Assembly (NCBI RefSeq): GCF_009914755.1 | Contig: NC_060930.1 | Reading direction: 5' to 3' (one strand) | DNA: 64,000 nucleotides | DNA from: the human T2T-CHM13v2.0 reference genome, Homo sapiens | Shown here: piece by piece, positions 51,880-64,000 of the stretch | Layout: each line of letters begins with the position of its first letter | Numbering within the stretch: the stretch's first letter is position 1 | Translations under genes and position numbers: made by a program | The notes under the pieces: generated by a model | The model's input: the letters and a program-made list of their open reading frames with translations, nothing else | Database searches by the model: none | What the model was told of the DNA's origin: nothing

Positions 51880-52302
51880 AATGTTATAATACAGCAACCA
51901 AAACATGTATAATGTCTCAAACATGAAATAAGTTTCTTTATTGCTCACATAATGTCAAAATGGGTACCACTGATCTGTATGAATCTCTCCTTCAAGCATT
52001 TATTCAGGGACCCAGGTGTTGTTCCATCTTAGCATTCTGTCATCTTCAACATGTGGTTTTCAATGTCACTGAAGAAAGGCGAAGCAAAACAGAATCTTGC
52101 ATCAAAGTATTTTATGAACTGGGTCTGAAAATGGTGCACATCATTTCTACCAGGATTTATTTTATTCACCAGTGTGAACTGGCCTCGGTTATATGGCCAC
52201 TCTTAACTATAAGGTAGGCTGGAAAACGTAGTCTAGTTTCTATACTCTGTGCTCTCAGGAGAAAGAGAAAAAAAATACATCATTAAATAGCTAGCCAGTC
52301 TG
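51880..52302 (-). mobile_element. Old MLT1 (MLT1K/L-like) LTR
   Basis: tttctttattgctcacata...attcagggacccagg...ttccatctt...tatggccactcttaactataagg.aggctggaaaa.gtagtcta. Confidence 0.65.
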
Positions 52303-55300
52303 ACGTACAATACCTTTTTTCCATTCAATAAATATCTATTTAAATTTTTGTCTCACATGTAGAACAACCTCCTTCCCTCCTCAAAGGATACAGCTAAAAA
52401 CGCATTTCAATGAAACAACCATCTAAGAGTCCAGGATCTTTTGGTTTTGTGAAGTTCTTTCTCTCACGTCATGATGTGATGTATTAAAACATGTAATCTT
52501 TCAGGAGACATGTATAAGAATAATCATAACAATATTGCTTGTAGTAGCATATCACTGAAAACAAAAGTTCACAGACGAGGATGAATAAGTCATAGTCATT
52601 CAAATAATGATAAATTCATGATGAGAATGAATTAACTCCAGCTACATCCAAAAATATAGATGAATCAGAGAAAGATAATGCCTGTGACTATATATAATTT
52701 TAGAACTTTTTTGTAACAATATGAATACAGTATTATTTTCTCAGAAACTGGTATTACTTCTCTCTAGAAGAAACATCCTGTCTTAACTGATTACCTTCTC
52801 TGAAAAGTCCATTCTGAGTATAAACAGATTCTCTGAGCACAAATATGAATCGAGGTATCTTCATAAGAAAGACGAAAAAATGTATTGCTCCCAGGAGCTG
52901 AGATATAAACAGCTAGAATATGAGTAGCAGTCTACATGTGCCACAGTGCGAAACTACCCTATGACCACTAAGTATTAATTAAATTTACTATGTGTAAATA
53001 GTATTTAAATGCAAGTAGAAAATTTTGAGTAACCAGAGCAGGGAGTGAATTTTAAACCTCAGTTAAATGCAGAGATGTAGATGGGTGAGTACAAAGATAA
53101 AAAGAAGAATGGGATGCCAGTTGTAGAAGGGTTCTTGACTCTCACAAGACTATGGAGGCAGAGTTCAGCCTGATTTTCATCACATCATGGCTGGACAAGT
53201 AAATTCTGTAGAACTTGTGGGGCATGCTGATTGACACTTGAACACAGAGTATTTCGGAGGCAGTAGAGTAATTATTTAGAGGAATATTCGAGGATGATAT
53301 TCACCATATTTTACATGGATGGCACAGCCAGGCAGTGACCAGGCAGAATGAATTCTATCTCTGATGCTGAAGGAGGGTACTGGCGGTTCCCGATATGCCA
53401 AATATTACCCCTTTTGTTACTAGTTCCTAGGAAAGTCTGGACATTTCAGGAGAAGGATGATAATCCCGTGGTGACAGTGAGTGTATTTGGAGAATTAGCA
53501 CAGTGGTTATTTACCAACAACAATAAAAGGGTTTCAATATTTTAACAACTAAAATGGTTATATCTATGTGTACCAGTGGCATATAACCTCTAGGCATTTT
53601 GATAATAAAAGAAGTTACAAGTGAGAAGCTGAAAATAAAGAAGGGAAGAAAATAACTTTCATTCTGTTCCCTTAACAGTAACTCATATTCTCCTTGCTTG
53701 CAATTTACCATTGTAACTCCTGTGAATAAGTACAGGGTTTTCCACCTAAGGAAGGGGGAAATATGATATACAGAAGTATCTCATCCTGCCAAGAAGAGAG
53801 AGAAATCCAGTTCCTGCTAGTTTCCCCACAAAATGTGGAAAAGCGACAAAAGGGGCAGTAGAAGAGAGATGCCTGTATCACAGACTTCCCTCCAGTCTCC
53901 AACATGATCAGAGAGAACATGGGCGAGATGGATTGATAAGATAGATGATCAACAGCTTGGAAATTTTACCCCCACTTCAATACTTAAGGAAGATATCCCA
54001 CTCAGGATATCTTTATACCAACCTGGGGTCAATCATAAACAAAGGAAAAAAAAACTGCCACATAGGCTAGTTAGGCAATGGGGAAGTAGACACAGCTTTC
54101 CCAGCCACTGCAGCTGCCATGCCAGTCTCAGCTGGGATGAGACCCAGAATTTTTCATATGCACTTGGGAATGTGGAGAGGGACATAGATGTTAGCTAATA
54201 GTCTGAATGTGATGCTGCCAGAAAAATGTGACCCTTATAGGAACAAATTGATCCTGAATTCACAGTCTGTCAGTGCCTGAGGTTAAAGAGATTTGCAGTT
54301 ATATTTCCAAAGGTCTATAGTGCCAAGGAGACCTGAGATTGGTCCTAGGAAGTGGGAAGAACCACTCAGCTCCAAATGAGAAAAATAAACCACTAATATA
54401 ATAGTCATAAAATTAAGACGCAAAGTCCAAAAGGGAAAATAGACCAGGTAGGTGCAGAACATCACTATGGAGACCAGAGGGACAAGAAGATGGTACTGTG
54501 AATCCCAGGGCCACTCCTTTTCTAGCATGTGGTCACATGAGCCCTCTTTCTCCATAAAGACAGATACAATCTTTGTGTTGAGCAGAAGAAAGGAGTACCA
54601 CTCTGAAAGACTAAGCATTTTCCTACTGAGATATTCTAACTTACTATCTAGGGCTGAGTTATCCAAAAGGATTGGTAGAGAATGGAGCTCCCCATTATTC
54701 AGTAGAATGATATTTTTAACATATGCTATATGAAATATAAAGAAAATATATTTGTACACCTTAGTGCAATGTGAGCAAATGTGTGACTTTACAAGACAAT
54801 AACAAAGGCATATCAGTGAACTGTCAAAGCTCAGAAATTTGTAAACCTTCTGAAAAGTGCCTTGTTATCAAAAACAGCCTAAAAATCTTTAAGCTTCCAC
54901 ATGTTAAAACCTACTATGATTATTATATTCAAAATATTGCTAACAAATTTCAAAAAATAAAATATGCTTCCTTGTCCAAGAATATAGGCATTATATAATT
55001 TATTTTATTTTAATATTATAATTAATTAAAATATTTAATTGTAGTTAAAGTGAAAAATGTTAGCTAAAGAAAATACCATTTTCAACTGAAATTTCTGCAA
55101 AATAATTTCATATTATACTGTTTTATGAGAATTTACGATGCTTAAATAATTTATTTTTATTTCATACTCGATAGTGTTTTTTCTTTCAGTGTGTTAAACT
55201 ATGTTCTTTGCTGTTTCCAATAATTGCCATCATATTTTGGTTTCACCAATCTTCTCTCTTTTATCTTTAATGCTACTTTCTCTTTTCAGTATAACGCCAT

Positions 55301-57829
55301 TTTCTTCAAAGTAAGGAAATGAGAAAAAGGTGTATTTAATGACTATTCTAGGTAAGGAAGTACAAAAAAAAGAGGAAGGACTTTGAGATTCAAATAAAAA
55401 AAACCTAGACCAAACTCTACATCTAATCTGTTGATGTTATGAAATGTCAAAGAACTTTAAAATAATTGAGAACAACACTTAATTAATATTCAAGGAAAAG
55501 CTCCAGATTCTAAAAACAGTAGGGCTGAATCCTATCGGTTGCTGCATGGAACTACTTCTTATTTCCCATATTTAAAAAACTGCAAAGAAAGGCTTTTCCA
55601 AATGTTACTTATCATTGAAAACTTGACATTTTAATTTGTGAGACCCTGATCATATATTTTAAACAAATTATATAGTTTTGTGAACATATTAGAAATAAGG
55701 GGGGAAGACTTCTTGGATTGTTCCTCTAAAGTCAAACACAGATGGAGTAAATAAACCTCTCTCTAACATCTTTGACTCAAAGAAATCCATTCACTGACAA
55801 ATGAGTTATTTTCCCTTATTAATAGGGGTAGTATGCTAATAATGGCTTATGAACTAAAAACAATCTGCTCAAGACAAGTTTGAATATCTAGAGACTCACA
55901 ATTGTTACATGAAATGAGAGTAAAGCTGTATATGCCCTTCCTTTGTCAGAAAGATCAAGTGTCTCAGAGCATTTAATTTAAAAAGAAAAAAATTCCACAA
56001 AACACAACAACACTATTTCACCAGTGGAAATGGCTCTGGAGTCTTCCATCAACTTCAAGAATTAGTTTCAAAATGTTGTTTGCTTTCATTCAGTCAGCTA
56101 CCAGCATGGAGCAGACCACCTGCTGTGAAATAAGGGGGTAGCGACCAACAGTTATTATAGCAGTAGCCATAAGTTTATTGCTTATTGGTACCAAACTTAA
56201 ATCTTAGTAATTTTGAATTACTGAGTTAGCTTAGAATTATGGAGATGCACAATCATTTAGAATGGCATTCATTCCAGAAGGGTATATTATCTAAACCAAT
56301 TTTCTTATAGTGATGCAATTGCAATACCATAGTTACGGTTGTATCCGCATTTCCATTATAAAGTCCTATTTTCAGGGTTTTATAATTTGGCCATAAAAAT
56401 TCTCTCCTTGTAGGAACTTGGCAAACAAGGTCTGAGGCATATAACTGAGTTGTTGTGGGTTATTTTATTTTTTTACTGAAATTAAAAACACACATACATG
56501 TTTGATCTGTTCAGCCATTTTACACTTTAACTCTACAAACAACAACAAAAAATACACCAACTATATGTAGACATATGAAAATTTTTGGGGAAAATAACAA
56601 TTAACCAAATCACTAAGTTGGTGGAGATGATCAGTTTTTATTAGTTACACATTAAGTTCCTGTGAGAGTGAAAAAACCAATTGTTTAGAAGTAGGTTTGG
56701 CAGTGCACGTGAAAGTCTCACCAATGTTAATAGCAAACCAATGACTGAGGCAAGTCCTTAAATTTCAAGTCTCAAGTTTCTCATCTCTGAGGTAGAGATA
56801 ATTACACATTCTCATATAAAGTTATAAGAATCCTGTAAGCAGCAATAACGAGTTTGAAAATTTTAAAGTGCTCTGTAATCATGCAATATTACTTTTTAAT
56901 TTATAAGGTTTTCTTCCAAATGTATAAATCGTATTGTCCACACTGCTTATTTAGATTTGTTACACATTCATAGCTCTTCCCAAATATAAACTCCTGAAGT
57001 AGAGTGTCTCTATCTTTGTTCTCATTGTGGTACACAAATATATGTTGAATCCATAACTAATTTATATTTTCTTTCAAAATTAAAAGTGTTTGCCTGACTT
57101 TATTTTGCTATCAGCATGTCTAGTTGGAATTAGTCTACCCTAAAAACATGACAGTCGCCCTCTTATGGTCGACAGAGAGTGTGCACATTGAGTGCCAAGG
57201 AAGGGCCAGAATCCTGCCTTTATGAACCAGATCCATAAGAATTTATCTAATTTATAGAGTATAGAAAAAAAATCATAGGTCATGAAAAATATAAATTATT
57301 CAATGTAAGAGATGGAGGGCATTTCTAAGCATTGTAGCATGGTAAGTGATGAAGAACACAAACTCTGGCAATAGACTGTTTAGGTTCAACGCTGCCTCTA
57401 CTACCTGAAAGCTTTCTCTAAATTAAGAAGATACCTAACAACTCTACAACACAATTTTCCAACTATGATATTGGGAATCATTGTAGCAATGGCTTATGAT
57501 AGTTATTGTAATAATTACATGAGACAATCCATGGATATTCTGGCTCATATTAGGTATTTAGAAAATGTTAGCTATCTTTATGCTGTTCTTTCTGTGGTCC
57601 CATATGAATATAGTATTCTTTCCGAAGTTGTTGTTAATGATAAGTAACCTCTTTAAAATTTTTCTTTGTTTCAATAAGCTTAAATAAATCTATTTTTTTT
57701 GTTGGCTGTGTCTTGCATTAGTAAGGTACTAATACATGACAAAACTTACCTTCAAAAATTTATAATTAATCCTTTCACTTATGATATAAAAATAAAATAA
57801 AAAATCATGGGTCCTGGGTTAAGCACAAT

Positions 57830-59445
57830 ATACAGAAAAAACAAACCTAAAATTTATATGGAACTTCAAAAAACCCAGAAGAGCCAAAGCTATCCTGAGC
57901 AAAAAGAAGAAAACTAGAGAAACCACATTACCTGACTTCTAATTATGCTACAAAGCTACGCCAAAATAGCATGGTACTGGCATAAAAACAGTCACATAGA
58001 CCAGTGGAACAGAATGGAAAACCCCAAAATAAATGCATACATCTACAGTGAACTCATTTTCAACAAAGGTGTCAAGAACATACATTGGGGAAAGGATAGT
58101 GTCTTCAATAAACGGTGCTGGGAAAACTGCATATCTATATTCAGAAGGATGAGACTACAAGGCTATCTCTAACCATACACAAAAATCACATTAAAGTGGA
58201 TTAAAGATTTATATCTAAGACCTTAACCTATGAAACTACTATGAGAACACATTAAAGAAACTCTCCAGTATGTTGGGCTGGTAAAATATTTGTTGAGTAA
58301 TGCTCCCAAAGCACAGGCAACCAAAGCAAATATAGACAAATGGGATCACGTCAAGTTAAAAAGCTTCTGCACTGCAAAGGTAACAATCCAAAAAGTGAAG
58401 AGGCAACCCACAGAATGGGAGAAAATATTCTCAACTCTATAGGAAAAAAAATCTAATAATCCAATTAAAAATGGGCAAAAGATCTGAAAAGACAGTTCTC
58501 AAGAGAAAACATACAAATTGGCAAACAGGTGTATGAAAAGGTATTCAACATCATTGATCATCAGAGAAATGCAAATCAAAACTACAATGAGGTAACTTCT
58601 TACCTCAGTCAATATGGCTTATATGCAAAAGATAGACAATTACAAATGCTAGAGAGGATGTGGAGAACAGGGAAGCCTTGTACACTGTTGGTGGAAATGT
58701 AAATTATTACAACCACTATAGGGGACAGGTTGCAGAATCCTCAGAAGACTAAAAATAAAACTACTGTATGATCCAGCAATCCACTGTTAGCCGTCTAACC
58801 AAAAGAAAGGAAATCCTTATATTGAAGAGATATCTGTACTCCCTTGTTTATTGTAGCACTATTCACAATAGCCAAGATGTGGAAGCAACCTAACTGTTTA
58901 TCAACAGACGAATGGATAAATAAAATGTAGTACATAGACACAATGGAGTACTATTCAGCCATTAAAAAGAATGAGATTCTGTCATTTGCAACAACATTGC
59001 TGGAACTGGAGGAAATTACGTTAAGTGAAATAAGCCAGGCACAGAAAGACAAACTTCACATGTTCTCTCATTTATTTGTGGGAGCTAAAACAATTAAAAC
59101 AATTGAACTCATGGATAACAGAGGGTAGAATAATGGTTACCAGAGGCCAGGAAAGATAGAGAAGTCAGAAAGTGGGGACAGTTAATTGGTAGAAAAGTAT
59201 AGTTAGATAGAATGAATAAGATCTTTTACTTGATAGCACAATAGGTGACTTCAGTCAACAGCAATTTATTGTACATTTAAAAATAACTAAAAAAGTATAA
59301 TTGGATTGTTTGTAACACAAAGAAAGAATAAATGCTTGAAGTGATGTATACCCCATCTATCCTGATGTGATTATTATGCATTGTATGCCTATATCAAAAT
59401 ATCCCATGTACCCCATAAATATATATACCAACTATGTACCACAAT
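57830..59445 (+). mobile_element. 5'-truncated L1MA 3' portion
   Basis: ORF2 C-terminal remnants (ORFs 57945 and 58943 'MEYYSAIKKNEI') and an L1MA-type 3'UTR (cctgatgtgattattatgcattgtatgcct...gtaccccataaatatatatacc). Confidence 0.88.
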
Positions 59446-62400
59446 AGCCACAGTGAATTACTTGTAATTTTCTCAATAGCATTCTGAAATCTCTTATTTT
59501 TATGAATTCATACATACCTTTCTTTCGTCTAGGATAGCTCTTCCTTCTGGGCATATTTCTGGGTATTAGATGGCTGGATCAAGTATTTTAGGAAAGTATT
59601 TTACATTTGATTTATAACTTAAATATATGTGTGTGTGGACATATGCATGTGTACACGCACATATATTACCTTATGTAATGTATATATGTTATGTATTGTA
59701 TATACATCCTACAGTTTGTACTATTTTACTCTTTTAAATCTTAAATTCAAGTTAAAATGTTAAATGGTCATATGGAATTACAGAATTATAAAAACTCAAG
59801 TTCTCTTTCTTCATCTTTAAAAGTATTGTGTTAATATTGTTTATTTTAATTGTTTGTTTATACGCAGGAATATCTTGCACGTTGGGGTTGGAGACAGTGA
59901 CTGCATTTGAAACAAGCTCAGATGATTTGGAACTGTTATAAACTTCAAGTGTTTATTGAAGGACAAGTTTTAAATTGGATGAGCAGAAGCTTAAATAAAA
60001 TTTAAAACTCAACAGAATTTGTAGCAACTGCTTAGAAAGTAGATCAACAAAAGATTTTTTCAGTAGGGATATTTCATCACTAACATTATTTGGAATCATT
60101 GGCACATGGTGATAATAGCAAACAGGTTGAGCTTTGTTGTTTTCAAAATTGTTTTTAAACAATCTGCAGGCAATGCACCCTTTTGTTGACTGCATTTTTT
60201 ATAACCATCACCACCACTACATACTTGGCATTCTACTCCACTGCCACTCAATCTTTCTCTCTTCCTGTTTAATCCCATTACCTAACTTTTAGATTATTTC
60301 TATTATATCTAACTTCTACTAGTTTTTCATATCATTACTACTTCTTATGGAATTTTTCCCTAAACTGAACTCCCTGAATAATACTGAAATCGATGCCTGA
60401 TATTATAAGCTCCCAGATTCCGGCATACTCTATATTTACATTGCAAGTCATCCAGCCTCTTTGTAATAGTCCATTTCCTAGTGTATTTTTTCCATAACAC
60501 TACAAATTCTATAAAGACTGGGACTATATATGACTCTCAGAAGTAGACAACCACTAAAGAGTGTTGAATAACGAAAAACTTCAATTCTACTTCTCTGTCA
60601 AGTAGCCCAAATCCTAACAAGTGTAGACTGACTAGCTAGTTTTCCTCCAGCATGTCATGAGATACATCTTTTATACTCTGTGTTTATGAAAAGACCATTG
60701 AGGCCATATTATACCGACATTTTTTGGCTAGGTCATCCAACATAAGGATGCATCATCGCGAGTAATACTAATCAATAGCTATTTGTCTATACCTGAGACC
60801 AATCTGAGGACACAGCAGAGGGAAAACTTGGGGCATCCATGCTAACAAAAGACATTTGTTCATGTTCCCTATTCAGTCAGTAACATGTTCCCTCTTTCTG
60901 CAACTGATTAAAAATTGTTGATACCAGAAGCTTTAGGTAAACTGTCTTCACCTATAGGAGATATTTTCAGAATCCTCTCATATTTCTTGTCTCCCCTGAG
61001 TATTCTCAAAGTATTATTTGCCCACCTCTGTTAAAGCTCTTACCACATTTTATGAAAAGTACCAGATTTTTTTCAGTCTCTCCCACTAAACCATAATCTC
61101 TTTCAGAGCGTGTATCTATTTTTAATTCATGTTTGAATTACAATCCTCTGTTCAATTTTTTTTGTAACATATATTAAATATATGACCAACGAATTTGAAA
61201 AAGCAGAGTGGAAGATCATCCACCTATAATGTTACTTAAAGTGACCCACAGTGCACACTAAACTATTAGGTAGGCAGTAATCTAACCATTTTCTTTACAT
61301 GCCCATAGCTCTCTCATCAAGGCATACCCCTGGAATACCTCTCTTAAGGCAACACTACTTTCAATAAACTCTTCTTTCATTTGCATAACTTTCTTCCTCC
61401 CTGCATTTGTATTCCATATACACAATGGAGCACTATTCAGCCATTAAAAAGAATGAGATTCTGTCATTTGGACCAAAATGGATGGAACTAGGGAACATAT
61501 TCCATAGCAGGAAATTCTGTGGAACTTGGACACTGAGGACTTGAGTTTTAAGAAGATGACCCTTGCAAAATGGAGACAAACAACATCCCAGAATAAATAA
61601 ACCTCTTTTTAGAAGATAGTTATTCATTGTGGCCTCTTCTTGCATCTACGATTAAATTCTTGGCTCAGAATGCCATAATTATCTGAGAAGACAATCCCTT
61701 TTCAATTATCTAGCAAGTATCCTGTAGAATGGCAATAACATTTCTTATTTTCCTTCTTAGAAAACATTCTTACATATAATTCACTCTGAAGTTATGACTT
61801 CAGAATTTACTCCATAGATAAATAGATTACTAGAGAAAAAAGTCCACATTTCTTTATAATCCATAGAAAATAATTCTTTTTTCTCTGGAGCCATAAAATA
61901 CTTCTTAGCAAGGTTAACATATCTTTGATTTCATATAGGAGACTTTCTGTTCTGTGTGTGTGAGATGACCCAGAAAGTTGAGATGCTATTGAAAAGTAGA
62001 ACATTTTCCAGTTGGCCTCCTGTACGCTTTGGATGTTAGCACTTTCCTGGATCTGGATTTTTCTCCCCCAGCAAAGAAACAAACCTACTTTCTCACTGAC
62101 TGACTATCATGAGTAGGGTTCTGTATCTGCCATGAGCACATCCTAATGCAATGGACTATTTAGACATCTGATTTTTCCATTTGCAAACTCAAGGAGAGCT
62201 TGGGTAGACAGCATTTATTTCTTTTTTAGCATTAGAATCCAAAACAGTGTGAAAAACAATGGTTATCACTGTAATGTTTAACATCTATTGAACATTTGGA
62301 ATGTGAAAGCAGTACACTACATATTTTGTAGGCATTCCTCAGTACAATGTAGATGAGAACATTGTGGCACAGAAATGTGCAGAAACTTTCTCAAGTTCAC

Positions 62401-62629
62401 ACAGCATGAGTGATGATACCTTGTTGAAACTCACTTAATTATACTCCAGAGCTCACCTAATACGCCTCCAACTCTACAGTGCCCTCTTCAGTATATACTA
62501 TATTTCTACTAGGTAAATGTAACTTTCTGAACAGTAATGCCTGCATCTTCGCTTCCATGCCCCCCTGTAACCCAGCACCCATGATTTTTTATTTTATATT
62601 TATATTTTCTATTTTCTATTTTTTCTATT

Positions 62630-63178
62630 ACCAATGTTATTGGTATTTTGAAAAGTATTGCATAACATCTGTAGATTGCTTTGGGCAGTTGAACATCTTG
62701 ACAACATTGATTCTTCCAATCCATGAACATAACAAATATATATTTTTTTCTGTGTGTGTGTCCTCTTCAATCGTTTGCATTGGTGTTTTATAGTTTTCAT
62801 TGTAGAGCTCTTTCCCCTCTTTGGTTAAGTTCATTCCTGAGTATTTTATTTTATTTTATTTTATTTTATTTTATTTTATTTTATTTTATTTTATTTGTAG
62901 CTATTGTAAATCGGATTACTTTCTTGATTTCTTTTTCAGATTGTTCATTCTTGGCATATAGAAATGCTACTGATTTTTGTATGCTGATTTTGTATTCCTG
63001 CAACTTTACTGAATTTGTTTATAAGTTCTAATAGTTTTTTTTTTGGTGGAGTCTTTTTCTTTGTTTATTTCAAATATAACATCATATCATCTGGAAACAA
63101 GGATAATTTGACTTCTTCCTTTTGAATTTAGATGTCCTTATTTCTTTTTCTTTTCTGATTGCTCTAGCCAGGACTTCC
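62630..63178 (-). mobile_element. L1 ORF2 fragment containing (TTTTA)n
   Basis: ORF 62637 'NLTKEGKELYNENYKT...CSWIGRINVVKM'; pentamer repeat at about 62843-62895. Confidence 0.85.
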
Positions 63179-63951
63179 TCGGAGCTATGTTTTGAACTTT
63201 GAACTTGATCTAGTGGATGGACAACTGAGAGCCACTGAAGTTTGTCAAAGTGTATTTAGCATGATAATTTTCACTTTCTGGAGATAATTTATGACTACAT
63301 TGTGAGAGTGGGCCATTGGAGTAAAATACATGAGATCAGTCATTTCATTGAAAGAAAATGGTGCTCTGAGTTAAGATGGTAGATAAAAATATAGGTGAAG
63401 AAAGAGGAGATAAAGTGCTGCTAGCATTTTGACTTGGACAACTGAGTGAGTCAAAAATCCTAGTTACTGGGTTTAGGAAAACACAAACACAAGAGATTCA
63501 GGAGAATGGAGAATTTTGGTACATTGTGCTTAATCTGCCATTGGGATATAGAACCAGAGGTGCCTTAGAGGCAGCAACATGTATTGCCCAGAGGCTGAAG
63601 AAAGACCTAGACAGATACGTAGAATTTGGAATCTGAGAATAGAGATGGTTAGTTAGTTGAAGCTTTTTGACTGTGCACTCCCACTAGCAGTTCTATGTCC
63701 TCAATGCCTTGTGGCACACATCCTATTTCAATCACCACAACCTGCATCACCATCTTGTATTAACTCTATCTCCTTAGTCAGACTATTTAATTTTGCTGGG
63801 CTTTAATTATCTGTAACACAGCAGGTGTCATACATTAGGGGGAAAATATATTTTGAGAGTTCTTAAAATTGGTCCACATTTTTTGTTTCAACTATCTAAT
63901 AAGCTGTGTGATGTTTTCCTAATTAGAAAGGTTTTTTTTCCTTAATTTTGG

Positions 63952-63985
63952 AATCTTTAAGAATCTTTAAAGATTCTTAAAGATT
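63952..63985. repeat. Perfect 34-bp palindrome
   Basis: AATCTTTAAGAATCTTT|AAAGATTCTTAAAGATT, 17-bp arms with no spacer. Confidence 0.95.
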
Positions 63986-64000
63986 TGGAATCTTCAAGAA

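Noticed and set aside
54283-54759. 158-aa minus-strand ORF
   Set aside because: Non-ATG start, no recognisable domain, and probably within degraded repeat sequence.
59953-60278. Cys-containing short ORFs (KKCSQQKG..., KGCIACR...PVCYY)
   Set aside because: Cys spacing does not fit the beta-defensin motif even allowing one frameshift, and there is no acceptor or signal exon.

Overview
AT-rich, repeat-dense primate genomic DNA, most likely human. It matches, from recalled protein sequences, the part of the chromosome 6p12 epididymal beta-defensin cluster carrying DEFB110 and DEFB112. All genes lie on the minus strand. DEFB110 has one signal-peptide exon (16784-16838) that can splice in phase to either of two six-cysteine mature-peptide exons: 13880-14028 (67 aa) or 4040-4173 (62 aa, historically DEFB111). 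DEFB112 has a canonical signal exon (44720-44777) joined to exon 2 (38477-38703), giving 94 aa, plus an in-phase but non-hydrophobic alternative first exon (43445-43559, 113 aa). The ORF track misses most of this because the exons are short and spliced. The most interesting observation is two further decayed copies of the same promoter + signal-exon cassette. One is at about 1846-2420, with ATG changed to ATT and an Alu inserted in the exon, but with phase and splice donor intact. The other is at about 48180-49010, with ATG changed to GTG, no donor and a retained TATAAA. They point to lost beta-defensin genes. The rest is Alu, L1 (including a 12-kb L1-Alu-L1 block between the genes), L2, MER/Tigger DNA transposons, LTR relics and several perfect palindromes. 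Repeat subfamily names and boundaries were assigned by eye and are approximate.
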